NCBI GenBank assembly: GCA_963555755.3
Contig: OY820905.2
Location: 4,032,001-4,096,000 of the forward strand
Direction of reading: 5' to 3'
Length of the DNA stretch: 64,000 bases
Source: Nitrospirales bacterium
GTDB lineage: Bacteria; Nitrospirota; Nitrospiria; Nitrospirales; UBA8639
A model generated the notes under the pieces. The model did no database searches and was not told where the DNA came from. It saw only the letters and a list, made by a program, of their open reading frames with translations. Position numbers and translations under genes: made by a program. The stretch's first letter is position 1, and each line of letters begins with the position of its first letter. This document shows, in pieces, positions 1-10,143 of the stretch.

Positions 1-472
1 CAACCATTGGACCCACTTATTTCCAGGGTTGTCGAGAATGTTTCTACTTTTTTTATAGTCTGATGGACCCCGCTTGGGCTTTTGGGATTAACACCGAGTC
101 TAATACTGAGAAGAAGGTTCCAGAAGAAAAGACAACAGTGGAAACAAAATACCACCAAGACATAGCCTTTCTTGAAACTCAACAAATCCCCCTTAAACAG
201 GAACTGCTAGACTTATATTTAAAAAAAAACAAGACGAATCGAGAATGGGTTTTCCGTTTGTGTTGAAGGGCAAGAACGGCAATATGTATTTTCGGAGAAC
301 ACCTTTCTCAGATCTGAAGATGGAAAAGGACCTTGCGAGACAATCTCCATTAACGACCTGAAAACGTTTAAGGATCAGCCACCTAATTAAATGCCTCCTT
401 TCATTAATTTTTCCCGCAATTTTGCAAACGGAGTTTTTTTATTACACATTTCAACATCAGAGAGGTTTAGAC

Positions 473-1558
473 ATGAAGAATTGGTTGGTTTGGATTGCTC
501 AAGCACTCAAATTTGCTCTTGTTTTAGTTATGGGATTTACACTTATAGGGTGCGGCCCGCTGCTAACCCTTTACGTTAGCTTAACGACCATCGAGAAAGA
601 GGAAGCCAATATTGTCACTCCCCTCAAAGACGATGAAATCGCTCAGGTCATTGCAGATAGGTTCGGGCTCATGGCTTTGTTCGCTTATGTTTCATATCGT
701 AAGGATCTTCTGAAGACAGGAAACCTTACTTCAGCTTGTGATTGGACCAAACCAGCAGCAGAACCTGATAATTATGGCATGCCCAAAAGTGATGCGCAGA
801 AAGAGGGGAGGTGGCTGCGGTGGAAAGGAAAACATTCCTGTGTAAACGACGAAAGCGGTTTGTTTTATGAGACATATGTATATAAAAAAAACGAGACGGC
901 CGAAATACAGGAGGCGGTGATATCCTTTAGAGGAACGGAAGACTCATTAGATGACTGGATAACGAACGTCTCTCCCACATTTGGAATTCAACCAGAACAA
1001 TATTTCTTGGCTAGCGAAAAATTACCCGATCTGATCAAGGCCCTCAAGAAAAACAATAAAAAGGTCAAGATATATGCGGCTGGTCATTCGTTAGGCGGAG
1101 GTTTGGCTCAGCAGGCCGGTTATCAATTTAAAGATATTCTCGAAGTATTTACCTTCAATACCTCGCCTGTCACCAATTGGACCTATTTAAGATTTAGAGG
1201 CAAGGTACAAAAAGAGTATCCCACGGTCTACAGGATCTATCATGGTGGGGAAATCCTTGAGAAACTTCGCTTCTTCACCACGAGCTTCACTTCTACAAGT
1301 TATCGTCGATACGATTTGGGCATTCAATTCCACCCAAGAAAAATTATCAAAGGACATTCTATGAAAATACTCGTATGTGGTTTCGCGGCGATTATCGCTT
1401 CGGATGGGGATAATCCACACGATGCCGCGCATCACTATGGAAGGAAGTACGTTCGAGACAAGATCCTAGAAGACCCCAACACTCAAGACAAGGACCTAGC
1501 AAACCCCAAAATCTGTGGCTCCGACTCCATAGAAATGGTCAACCAGGACAAACTTTGA
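473..1558 (+). CDS. Class 3 lipase / alpha-beta hydrolase, putative lipoprotein
   Basis: SFRGTE and GHSLGG nucleophile motif; ATG at 473 after AGAGG; hydrophobic N-terminus ending in LIGC lipobox. Confidence 0.7.
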   Translation: MKNWLVWIAQALKFALVLVMGFTLIGCGPLLTLYVSLTTIEKEEANIVTPLKDDEIAQVIADRFGLMALFAYVSYRKDLLKTGNLTSACDWTKPAAEPDNYGMPKSDAQKEGRWLRWKGKHSCVNDESGLFYETYVYKKNETAEIQEAVISFRGTEDSLDDWITNVSPTFGIQPEQYFLASEKLPDLIKALKKNNKKVKIYAAGHSLGGGLAQQAGYQFKDILEVFTFNTSPVTNWTYLRFRGKVQKEYPTVYRIYHGGEILEKLRFFTTSFTSTSYRRYDLGIQFHPRKIIKGHSMKILVCGFAAIIASDGDNPHDAAHHYGRKYVRDKILEDPNTQDKDLANPKICGSDSIEMVNQDKL

Positions 1559-1683
1559 TCCGAAAAAATCAGAAAAAGATTGATTCCATATCAACATTTA
1601 TTATCCCAATTAGAAATGTGGGCAGGTCTTGTTTTTTGTATCGAAAGATACTTGATCTGATTGAAATTCTTTAACTTGGTATT

Positions 1684-1796
1684 CCCCGTAGCTTGCTACG
1701 GGGTTCCCGCTTAGGTCCCCCCTTTGGAAAAGGGGGGTAGGGGGATTTTCAAAATCATATTGTTCCTCTGAATACCCCGTCAGCTTGCTGCGGGGA
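1684..1796. repeat. Cluster of REP-like palindromes
   Basis: CCCCGTAGCTTGCTACGGGG (1684-1703), a CCCCCCTTT..AAAGGGGGG hairpin and CCCCGTCAGCTTGCTGCGGGG; degenerate inverted copy at ~48201-48224. Confidence 0.65.
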
Positions 1797-2115
1797 TCTT
1801 TTATTGACCAGTGTCTACAGTCAGATATTTGGATTTACGAGGTGCGCTGTTGAATTTTCCTCACCAAACTCATCCACTTCTCGTGACGCTGGGAGTCGTG
1901 GTCTTGAACATGAGGAACTCGTTTAATCGTTTCCACATAATCGGGTGGGAATAGGAATTTTAAAAGGCTTTTTTGACTGGACCGCAAAGTACCAAAGAAC
2001 TCGGTGAAGGGTCAATCCGCAGACTCCGCCGTCTGAAATGTGGGAGTACATCCAGGGAGGAGGGGCTGACTGGCCCTTTTGCCCAGGTTCATGTCAGTTC
2101 TAGAAAACCAAACGC

Positions 2116-2187
2116 AGCACAATCCTGCTGTTAGGCACTGGCTTAGTCGGCCTCATTGGCTACCGGATGAAGAAAGCACAAGCGTAA
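2116..2187 (+). pseudogene. Orphan PEP-CTERM sorting-signal remnant
   Basis: Translates STILLLGTGLVGLIGYRMKKAQA* (TM helix plus basic tail); the VPEP motif and upstream gene are missing. Confidence 0.7.
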
Positions 2188-2221
2188 ACGCATAGTCGAT
2201 AATTTAGTCACAGAAACAGAG

Positions 2222-2255
2222 AGCCTCATCGTTGCGGCGGTGGGGCTTTTTCTTT
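2222..2255 (+). terminator. Rho-independent terminator, recurrent family
   Basis: AGCCTCATCG/CGGTGGGGCT hairpin plus T-tract; related copies at 48740-48774 (-), 60529-60558 and ~63144-63180. Confidence 0.7.
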
Positions 2256-2267
2256 GAATGGTTAGGT

Positions 2268-2350
2268 AGCGCGTCTCTGCTTCAGTATGGAATCCCTCCT
2301 GGCGCATTCTCGCGTGTTTCAGACGTGTCCACAATTTCGGGGATAGACCA
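2268..2350 (-). mobile_element. IS3-family left-end remnant
   Basis: TGGTCTATCCCCGAAATTGTGGACAC terminal-IR-like sequence, then GGAGG and a KQRR orfA-like start; truncated. Confidence 0.45.
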
Positions 2351-2386
2351 ATTTGACTATAGCCGTGGGTCCTCACCAAGGCACTC

Positions 2387-3789
2387 AGTATTTTCCAATC
2401 CGTAAATGAGTCTGGACTGAGGGAGAGCCGGGAGTGAGTCATCCGGTGTTCCGAGTCCGTTCATGAATCATGGTGAATAAATGCTGGCGGGCCTTTTGGA
2501 GCCGGTCCGCCGCTTGGGTATCACTGAGCTGATGCGCGATGGCATCGAGTATTTCAAAGGTGAGGCCGGGTTGCAACCGTGTGGCGGCCTGTGGGAGCGA
2601 TTTGAATTTGTCATAGGGGGTCATCATCGTCTCATAGCGATAGATCTTGCGTTGTTTGCCCTTCTGATCTGTCCGGATCTCTGGGAAGAAGCAGGGCCGA
2701 TGATAGTTGAGAGAGGGATGGAGGTGTTCTTGATTAAAGGTATTGATGAGTGGGGCCCAGCGTTGGGGAATATGGCCATAGCCAAACAGCTTCCGCACCA
2801 CGGCCCCGTTTTTACTTTCAGCAAGGGCATTGTCATGGGTTTGGCGGGCGCGGGATTTGGTGAATGCGATCAAGAGCTTGCCCAGGAGCGCGGCCACCCG
2901 CCCATTGATATATTCCGAGCCATTATCCGAATGGAAGCCACAGAGGCGGAAGGGAAACGCTGCGAGGAGTTGCTCCAGGGCCGGGATGAGATAGTGTTCA
3001 CTAATTTTCTCTCCCGTACAGATCACTTCGAATTGGGTGACCTCATCGACCGCATTGATATGGTAGACCCCTTTCTGTTTATCCCAATCTCCCTGATGCA
3101 CGGTGTCGATGCGGATAAACCCTGGCTGCCCGGCGGGGTGCGGTTTGCGGCGCTCGCCAATGCTTGAGCGTGTGGGCCGCGGTTTCTCGACCTGCCGTCG
3201 CTGGCGCAGATACGGCGTGGATTTCCGTAAGTTGTACACATGCCCGATCGAAATGAACGCTAGGCGTTCGTAGACCGCTTCACCAAAAATCTGATAGGCC
3301 CGCTCACACAGTTTCTTGATCGCAGGCCCACTGGGCGTGTCATGGCGTTCATCCATCGCCGCCAGCAAACAACTATCCTCCATGGTGTACCGGCGAGCAA
3401 AGCCCTGCACGGTGCGTTGACGGCGCGTCACCCGCCCGGTCTGACGATAGTGGTGAATCAGCCGAGTGAGTTGCTGCCGAGAATATCCGCTCATCTTCAG
3501 CAGATAGCGGATGACGATGCCTTTGTGAGGCTTGGCGAGAGTCAGGTACTCAAATTTGATCAGGATCCCTTGAATCCACTGATACCGCTCATCCTTGGTG
3601 CTCAGCACGGAAAAGGTGACGGGTTGGGTCCCTGCCAGGAAATCTTCCAGTTGGTCTACAGTCTTGAGCGCATGGATATTCATGATGGTGTTCATCCTCC
3701 CATCATGAACGAACTTCAGTTGGATTTCAGACTCATTTCATGTTAGAAACACGGCCGCCCTTCAGACTCATTTCATATTGGAAGAGACT
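2387..3789 (-). mobile_element. Complete insertion sequence (ISNCY/IS481-like DDE)
   Basis: Imperfect ~29-bp terminal IRs starting AGT; 5-bp direct repeat CACTC at 2382-2386 and 3790-3794; single transposase ORF. Confidence 0.85.
2439..3695 (-). CDS. Integrase-core (rve) DDE transposase
   Basis: RIDTVH, HSDNGSEYIN and DNALAESKNG motifs. Confidence 0.9.
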   Translation of the reverse strand: MNTIMNIHALKTVDQLEDFLAGTQPVTFSVLSTKDERYQWIQGILIKFEYLTLAKPHKGIVIRYLLKMSGYSRQQLTRLIHHYRQTGRVTRRQRTVQGFARRYTMEDSCLLAAMDERHDTPSGPAIKKLCERAYQIFGEAVYERLAFISIGHVYNLRKSTPYLRQRRQVEKPRPTRSSIGERRKPHPAGQPGFIRIDTVHQGDWDKQKGVYHINAVDEVTQFEVICTGEKISEHYLIPALEQLLAAFPFRLCGFHSDNGSEYINGRVAALLGKLLIAFTKSRARQTHDNALAESKNGAVVRKLFGYGHIPQRWAPLINTFNQEHLHPSLNYHRPCFFPEIRTDQKGKQRKIYRYETMMTPYDKFKSLPQAATRLQPGLTFEILDAIAHQLSDTQAADRLQKARQHLFTMIHERTRNTG

Positions 3790-4016
3790 CACTCTATCTT
3801 TTCTGCCGGTTACCTGATATGCTAATTTTACTTTATCGCGTTGGGCCTGGTGATGAGGCGAAAATAAACAAGGTCCCTAACCGATATTGTTTTGTCTAGG
3901 AGTTCATTCGGAAGTTAGCCCCTAACCGCATCAGTTTTGCGTCAACGGATCCCACCTTCCCCATCTTTGTTCTCTCTAAAACAAGACAGTGTCCTATTTT
4001 TCAAAGGAGGAACCTC

Positions 4017-4337
4017 ATGGGTTCAAAAATTTATGTAGGTGGATTACCGTATTCCGCGACTGAGTCTCAAGTTGAGACATTATTCGGCGAACATGGAACC
4101 GTAGAGTCCGCACGAGTGATCACGGATAAGTATACCGGACAATCTCGCGGGTTTGGTTTTGTGGAAATGTCATCCCCGAGTGAAGCGCAAGCGGCTATTA
4201 CGGCCTTGCACTCCACAGAGATGGATGGCCGCACCTTAACCGTGAACGAAGCCAAACCAATGGCCCCTCGCTCCGGTGGAGGAGGATTTGGCGGTGACCG
4301 AGGAGACGATAGAGGAGGCAGGCAGAGCCGGTTTTAA
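4017..4337 (+). CDS. RRM RNA-binding protein with Gly/Arg-rich tail
   Basis: RNP2 IYVGGL, RNP1 RGFGFVEM; GGAGG SD. Confidence 0.95.
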   Translation: MGSKIYVGGLPYSATESQVETLFGEHGTVESARVITDKYTGQSRGFGFVEMSSPSEAQAAITALHSTEMDGRTLTVNEAKPMAPRSGGGGFGGDRGDDRGGRQSRF

Positions 4338-4360
4338 TCGTCACTAGGTAATCTCTTTAT

Positions 4361-4406
4361 AAGCGGAGCGGCTGGTTTGAAAAGGTGGCCACTCCGCTTT
4401 TCTTTT
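4361..4406 (+). terminator. Rho-independent terminator
   Basis: AAGCGGAG...CTCCGCTT stem plus T-tract after the RRM gene. Confidence 0.65.
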
Positions 4407-4675
4407 GAACGGCGAACCCACTGTATGTCGTCAGAACAATTTGGACTTGGAGCGCAAGGAATATAAGGAATAGGATGGTGCCCTGGTTCTTTGTATTATG
4501 GACATTCAACTGACGCTTCCCAAACCGCAAAAATTTTCCGCGATCCCTCTAGCCCAAACCCCTCCAAGTAAACCTTGTGAATCGAATTCCGCAGCATATC
4601 CTCCAGTATGCGGCCCCACTTGTTCCCCGCCGAGGGGCCTTTTCATTTTCCTTAAGCCCTAGGACTTGACCTTGT

Positions 4676-4861
4676 TTACTGTCGTGACTCTCGCCAAATC
4701 AAAATAGCTAACCCGCCCGCAATGATGGCTCCGACAATACTGACCCACGGGGGGATAATGATGCCATTGACGATGACTTCCCAGCCTTGAATGATGCGCA
4801 TCAGATGAACGACGGCAACCAAGGCAAAGACGACAACTACGATAGTGCTAACGGGTTTCAT
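4676..4861 (-). CDS. Small two-TM membrane protein (61 aa)
   Basis: Two hydrophobic helices; identical 5' end repeated from 63948. Confidence 0.7.
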   Translation of the reverse strand: MKPVSTIVVVVFALVAVVHLMRIIQGWEVIVNGIIIPPWVSIVGAIIAGGLAILIWRESRQ

Positions 4862-4926
4862 TGGAAAACTTAGGTAAGTAGCTTCACGTCTTAGGCAACG
4901 GGGTCATTGGGGCAACTACCCTATTC

Positions 4927-5001
4927 TTACTCACACCAATCCTTCCCCTTCGTCCCCCCATCATAAAGAACCGCTAATTGCCGTTCAATTAGCAAGTCTG
5001 A
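4927..5001 (-). pseudogene. Thermonuclease (SNase)-like C-terminal fragment
   Basis: SDLLIERQLAVLYDGGTKGKDWCE*, homologous to 63757-63882. Confidence 0.6.
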
Positions 5002-5252
5002 ATTACAGCCAAAAACTGCTATTTTCGCTTTGCCCCGCACAGGACTCACTAATCCCGCACAGGTCCCGTATCCCCTCATCCACCTAACTCCCTAATTTCT
5101 CTCACATTCCATCCTTCACTAAATTGCCATCCTGTTTGCTCCATCAATTCATGGATCGTGCAGAAGATGCTCATTTCACGTATTTTCCAAGGCCCTATTA
5201 ATTGTCTACAATCTTGGTATGAACAACGTCTATCTATGAATGGTGATAAATC

Positions 5253-5747
5253 GTGGGTTTCAAAAAAGAAATTGCAAAGTTTTTTCAGTCAGCCCTCAAA
5301 ATGAAGAAACGGGAATACAAAACCTTTCATCAACGTCAGGCAGAACGCTTTCGACCCATGAAAGACCTTTTACCAAAAATGCTTGCTGGCATGGATGCCG
5401 AGTTTATTAAAGTGTCTGTTTCCGATGTTAAAGCTAGTGTCAAAATTGGAACGCGTGCAACCAATTCAGGTGATTTTGAAACGCATATGCAATGGGATAT
5501 TTCCCCAAATTATGAGATTCGATCGGAGGCTCAACCAGAAGGACGGGTTTTTTTCGAAGTGGACCTTCCAGGATATAGAATTGAGGAAATAAACCGTCTT
5601 AGAGGATTGGAAGATGAAGAATCTGAAGACCATATTATTTTTGAGAATGGACGCGAAGCCTTAGGATATTTAGTCGATAAAACCTTAGGAAAAATTGCGC
5701 TGTATCGACAACTGGAGGCAACTCCACAACCTTCAGGAAAACTATAA
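5253..5747 (+). CDS. Hypothetical protein
   Basis: 164-aa AT-rich ORF, no recognised motif. Confidence 0.55.
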   Translation: MGFKKEIAKFFQSALKMKKREYKTFHQRQAERFRPMKDLLPKMLAGMDAEFIKVSVSDVKASVKIGTRATNSGDFETHMQWDISPNYEIRSEAQPEGRVFFEVDLPGYRIEEINRLRGLEDEESEDHIIFENGREALGYLVDKTLGKIALYRQLEATPQPSGKL

Positions 5748-6110
5748 CCGACAAGAAATAATAAAACCTGCCTTGAGTGCTTACCTGTTCCGATCATCGA
5801 CTTCTCCCCCCGTATATTTCTAGCCCGACCTATCCATCATGCCCCAAGGAGATCGTCTGGAAACTGGGAGCCTGTGGACCGATTATTGAATAAAACAGGC
5901 ACTATTCAATTACCCCATTGTGCTTGGACAGTTCACGATACCCCTCAAAAGAGGGGGAGGGTTGATTCCCACATCAAAGAAGGTTTCAGGATTGACTACC
6001 ATGGAGGCCGATCCTTGAGGTAAGCTTGTTTCGTTTCAGCACATGTTGGACAAATAGGAGGGATTGTTAAGGTGAGGTTTGGCTCATCGTATTTCGTGAA
6101 AGGAGCGACG

Positions 6111-6179
6111 GTGAAGCCAAAACAGGACACCAAAGTTGAAGCGGATAAACCGGTCTGAGACATCAAACGGGCCACGAGT
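6111..6179 (+). pseudogene. Possible IS3 orfA N-terminal remnant
   Basis: AAGGAG SD, GTG start, ...PV*DIKRAT resembles the IS3 orfA VRDIRRAT motif. Confidence 0.3.
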
Positions 6180-6243
6180 GCGGAGAGTGAGTCGTCAAGA
6201 ACAACGAGGCAGCTCCGTTTCGCGTGTCGTGGTGGGATGATTA

Positions 6244-6540
6244 TACGTATATTAACCTAGTAGGCCATTTCCAAAAAATAGCAAGTGTCATACAAGGGGT
6301 CCGGCCTTTGACCCTTCAACGAACGAATTGTGGGATCGACTTTTTGCAGGAGCAAATTTTCGTGGGTTATTTGAACGATCAGGCGGCGTGCGACGAGGTG
6401 TTAAATAGGTGTTAGAAATACAGACATACTGGTGGGAATTGAGGCAGAGAGAGGCAAAGTGAGGCAAAGAGGCAATCTACGAATAGGAAGGCGGGGAGAG
6501 GGAATTGCCCGTCTTTACTAGCGTTGAGCAATTCCCCCTC
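6244..6540 (+). repeat. att-adjacent arm region of an integrative element (inverted homologue at 60766-61060)
   Basis: AGGTGTTA x2 and GAGGCA(A/G) x4 direct repeats; colinear with the reverse complement of 60766-61060. Confidence 0.8.
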
Positions 6541-6546
6541 ATCTTA

Positions 6547-6591
6547 TTCGTAAACCGTAGGTCGGTGGTTCAACCCCACTCGCCGGCTCCA
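6547..6591 (+). tRNA. tRNA-Thr(CGT) 3' half only (att site), not a functional gene
   Basis: TTCGTAA loop, ACCGT, AGGTC, GGTGG-TTCAACC-CCACT T-arm, CGCCGGCT-CCA; no D-arm or 5' acceptor strand upstream. Confidence 0.8.
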
Positions 6592-6973
6592 TTTTATTCT
6601 TGATCAAGTTCTCGTGTACCTATCAGAGGTTCTCATCCTGGCGTTCCCTGTATTTTCCCATTTCGGAATTGATGCCGAATCTATCGCCTCAATTCATCTA
6701 ACATATTGAAATTAATGGTTTTTTCTAGCGTGTGGTCACGCGTCTGAGTTGTTGTTTACGTAAAAGAATTCTCAATTCTTGGGCCAATTTGTCTCGGTTC
6801 TGGCCAGAAAAGGCAGGTTGGTGTTCATTAGGATTAAGTCTTGACGGAAAGGAACCGATATCAATAATAGAGAGTAATGAACAGTACTGAAGGGTAACGA
6901 GGAGAAATTTGGTCCGTATTGAAGAGGTATGTAAGAGGCTACGAGTACGCTGCGGGGGTAAGGAAATAACCGA

Positions 6974-8668
6974 ATGACTGTTCTCGCTCCAACAACAGAG
7001 GTCATGAGTGTTCCAGGAAACGAAGTCCTTTTAGACCGGCTGCCTCTCGGAGTCTGTCTTTTGCGACAGGACTGGACGGTTGTCTTTTGGAATCGATGTC
7101 TTGAAAGTTGGAGTGGTCTCCCTCGAACCAGCATTGTGGGGCAATCCTTATTGGCCATGTTTCCCTTTCTCGTCCTCACGGAATATGAAAAATATCTTCA
7201 AAAGATTTTTGATGGAGGGGAGGCTACCGTCCTTTCATCAGCAGAGCATGGTCCCGTGTTTAGGTTTGGGCCGGGCCGGAGGGAGAACCGATTTCAGCAT
7301 GTGCACATCACGGGTGTTCCGTCTGATGAAATCGATGGTGTGTATGCCATGATTTCCGTTGAAGATGTCACGGATATGTGGCTTCAGGTGAAAGGGTATC
7401 AAGCGTCGGAGGCGCAGGCCAAACAGGACCTGAGTGATCGGCGAATGGCTGAAGCGGCACTGACTCGCTTAGGTCGGTTTCATGAATTGATTCTTCAATC
7501 CGCGGGAAATGGAATCTTTGGGCTCGATCGTGACGGAAATACCTTATTTGCGAATCCGGCCGCTGCCAATATGTTAGGCTGGGATATTGAGGATATCGTT
7601 GGCGAATGCATGCATACTATTCTTGGTCACCATTGTCCTTTAGAACATGGGAATGATGGCGATGGCTGTTTTCTCTCGGCCCCCCTTGAGGAAGGCCGGT
7701 ACCAGCTTGTAACCGAAGACTGGTTTCAGAAAAAAGATGGCACACGTTTTCCCGTGGAATATCTTGGCGCCCCTATCGTGGAGGGGGGAGAAATCGTGGG
7801 GGCTGTCGTGACCTTCAGCGATATTTCCTGCCGCCGAATTTTGGAGCAAAAAGTATTGCGGTATACGATGCAGCTCGAAGAAGAGGTCGACTTGAGAACC
7901 AGTCGCATTCGAGAACTGGAACAGCGTCGTATGGAAGTGGAGAAGTTGGCGGCGTTAGCGCAAATGGCGGCCGGTGTGGCCCACGAAATTAATAACCCGC
8001 TTGCCGGGATCAAAAACGCGTTCCATCTGGTAAAAGGCGCTATTCCAAAAACCCATCCGCGTGTCAGTTACGTCGGTAAGATCGAGAACGAGATTGATCG
8101 TATTTCCGGAATCATCAAGCGGATGTATCAACTCTATCAGCCTGATCCTGCGGTGTTGCGTGCCGTGAATCTCACGGAAATGTTGCAGGATGTGTCGTTA
8201 ATGGTAGAACCCGTCTTGAAGCATCACGACATCACATTGGAGATTTTGACACCGCCCTCCCTGCCGCTCATGCGGTTACCCGTTCGAGATATTACCCAGG
8301 TACTCTGTAATCTTGTGCAAAATGCGGTTCAGGCTTCTTTCGGGAAGCAGGCCATTCGTCTTGCGGTTGAAACGGATAATCAGTGGATTCGGATTGCGGT
8401 CAGTGATCAGGCTGGAGGGATATCGGACGATATTCTCCCCCATATCTTTGAACCATTTTTTACGACGAAATCAGGTAGTGGGCAAGGAGGAATGGGGTTG
8501 GGGCTGTCCGTGTCACGAAGTTTGATTGAAGCGTTGGGCGGTCGAATAGAAGTGCGGACTATGGCGAAGGAGGGGAGTACCTTTATCGTGCACATACCCC
8601 ACGCGATGGAGGGGGGGGAAGATCCCAGTGAACAACTGAGAGTAACCAAGGAGGAGGTCCATGGGTAG
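6974..8668 (+). CDS. PAS-PAS sensor histidine kinase (NtrB-like)
   Basis: AHEINNPL H-box, NLVQNA, FEPFFTTK, GMGLGLS; two PAS domains. Confidence 0.92.
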   Translation: MTVLAPTTEVMSVPGNEVLLDRLPLGVCLLRQDWTVVFWNRCLESWSGLPRTSIVGQSLLAMFPFLVLTEYEKYLQKIFDGGEATVLSSAEHGPVFRFGPGRRENRFQHVHITGVPSDEIDGVYAMISVEDVTDMWLQVKGYQASEAQAKQDLSDRRMAEAALTRLGRFHELILQSAGNGIFGLDRDGNTLFANPAAANMLGWDIEDIVGECMHTILGHHCPLEHGNDGDGCFLSAPLEEGRYQLVTEDWFQKKDGTRFPVEYLGAPIVEGGEIVGAVVTFSDISCRRILEQKVLRYTMQLEEEVDLRTSRIRELEQRRMEVEKLAALAQMAAGVAHEINNPLAGIKNAFHLVKGAIPKTHPRVSYVGKIENEIDRISGIIKRMYQLYQPDPAVLRAVNLTEMLQDVSLMVEPVLKHHDITLEILTPPSLPLMRLPVRDITQVLCNLVQNAVQASFGKQAIRLAVETDNQWIRIAVSDQAGGISDDILPHIFEPFFTTKSGSGQGGMGLGLSVSRSLIEALGGRIEVRTMAKEGSTFIVHIPHAMEGGEDPSEQLRVTKEEVHG

Positions 8669-9437
8669 CGCCGCAAAAATTTTGCTGGCCGATGATGAGC
8701 AGACGTTTTTATATTCAACCGCAGATCTGTTACGAGATCAGGGGTATGAGTGTGATTGTGCGATGGACGCAGAAGAGGCGAATGCCCTGTTGCAACGGGC
8801 CGAATATGATTTGTTGATCAGTGATATCAATATGCCCGGCAATGGGCAATTGGAATTTCTGAACGCCGTCCATGGTGAACAGCAGGGGTTGCCGGTCATT
8901 ATGATTACGGGATACCCATCGGTTGAAACGGCCGTTCACTCCTTTCGATTGTCCGCGGTCGATTACCTGCAAAAACCGATCGATATTGACGAGTTACTCG
9001 GGTTAATCGATCCTGCCGTGCAGAAGGGACAATTGGCGCGGAGGGTTCGAAAAACAAAAGAAGAGATGCAAGGGCTGGTTGGCATTCTTGAAACACTGGA
9101 GAATGTTGGGGCGACCGGAAGAACCGGTTCCAGCCTAGATGATGGATCATTCGCGCTCAGTGCGTATCTTGATCAGGCTGTCAGTCATCTGGCCACGGTG
9201 TCCGTGGGATTAAAAGCTACCATCGATACGATCAAAAATTCTGGGGTGGGAGAAGAGACCGAATTGAACATCAGGGGGGTCTGTCCACGATGTCAGAGTT
9301 ACCGAGAGGTCCTGTATCATACGATCCAGGTGTTAATGAGGACCAAAGATGCCTTTAAGTCCAAGACTCTAGGTGAATTGCGCCGGCAAGTAGAAATCGT
9401 ATTAGAAGATCCTCAAACTCTGATGAAAAAGGCTTAA
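8661..9437 (+). CDS. Response regulator (REC plus unrecognised C-terminal domain)
   Basis: LLADDE, DINMPG, YLQKP; overlaps the kinase stop codon. Confidence 0.88.
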   Translation: MGSAAKILLADDEQTFLYSTADLLRDQGYECDCAMDAEEANALLQRAEYDLLISDINMPGNGQLEFLNAVHGEQQGLPVIMITGYPSVETAVHSFRLSAVDYLQKPIDIDELLGLIDPAVQKGQLARRVRKTKEEMQGLVGILETLENVGATGRTGSSLDDGSFALSAYLDQAVSHLATVSVGLKATIDTIKNSGVGEETELNIRGVCPRCQSYREVLYHTIQVLMRTKDAFKSKTLGELRRQVEIVLEDPQTLMKKA

Positions 9438-9784
9438 GTTTTCCTGGGCAAGACCGAAAAGAGTAAACAGAGGGAAACGGAGACGATAGATCATCTGATG
9501 TGCCTAACGAATGGCTTTAGGTCGGAAGTTGAGGCGCTACAACTGGGCTTCCAGCCAAGCAAACAGGGGAATTGGACCTGTTGGTTGATGGCATGAGGGA
9601 AGGCCTTTCACAATACTGGTGAAGGTCTTGCGTTGTGCTTTTTTTTTGCAAGGCGCAAAGCAGGAACGGCGAGGAGACTGAGACCGTGAATCCACGCACT
9701 GGACAGGACAAAGCGAGTGCAGGCCGATCCCTCATACTCTAGTCTGACCTTCTCCGGGTTTTCTTGTTAGGAAAGGAGACTCCC

Positions 9785-9973
9785 ATGTTTAACGAAGGAA
9801 TTCTCACCATCTCCGATGTGGCCAGCTTTTTAAAGATCCCCAAATCATCGGTGTATAAACTCATCCATGACGGTGGGTTGCCTGCCCATAAAGTTGGGAA
9901 GCATTTTCGAATGGTGCAGGGTGAGGTCAAGGAATGGCTGTATCAGGGCGGACTGAGCGCGCCCAAACTCTAA
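9785..9973 (+). CDS. HTH_17 excisionase-like DNA-binding protein
   Basis: ILTISDVASFLKIPKSSVYKL...LPAHKVGKHFR; AAGGAG SD. Confidence 0.85.
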   Translation: MFNEGILTISDVASFLKIPKSSVYKLIHDGGLPAHKVGKHFRMVQGEVKEWLYQGGLSAPKL

Positions 9974-10143
9974 GTCCATGACTCGTGGAATGTCGAGCCT
10001 CGTGAAAAGCTCGCCCGCCTACCTAATGGTAGGGGGGCACCGAGTCGCTGTGTGAGGCTGCCTGTTCCCCGAGGGAGGGATACCACACATGTCCATGACT
10101 GGGTAGTTTTTTTTCGAGAGGACGTTTCTCGTCTTTTCTAGCT

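Noticed and set aside
2481..3167. 228-aa plus-strand ORF
   Set aside because: Antisense shadow of the transposase
6224..6415. Small ORFs in the arm regions (also 60890-61090)
   Set aside because: The reading frame is not conserved between the two homologous copies; treated as non-coding
6547..6591. Functional tRNA-Thr gene
   Set aside because: The 5' half is absent; interpreted as an att duplication
9625..9670. GGCGCAAAGC as a second c-di-GMP riboswitch
   Set aside because: No upstream GGCAAAC/GNRA stem; explained by a simple hairpin
9785..9973. Excisionase of the adjacent island
   Set aside because: It lies outside the att site, inside a signalling cluster; more likely a regulator
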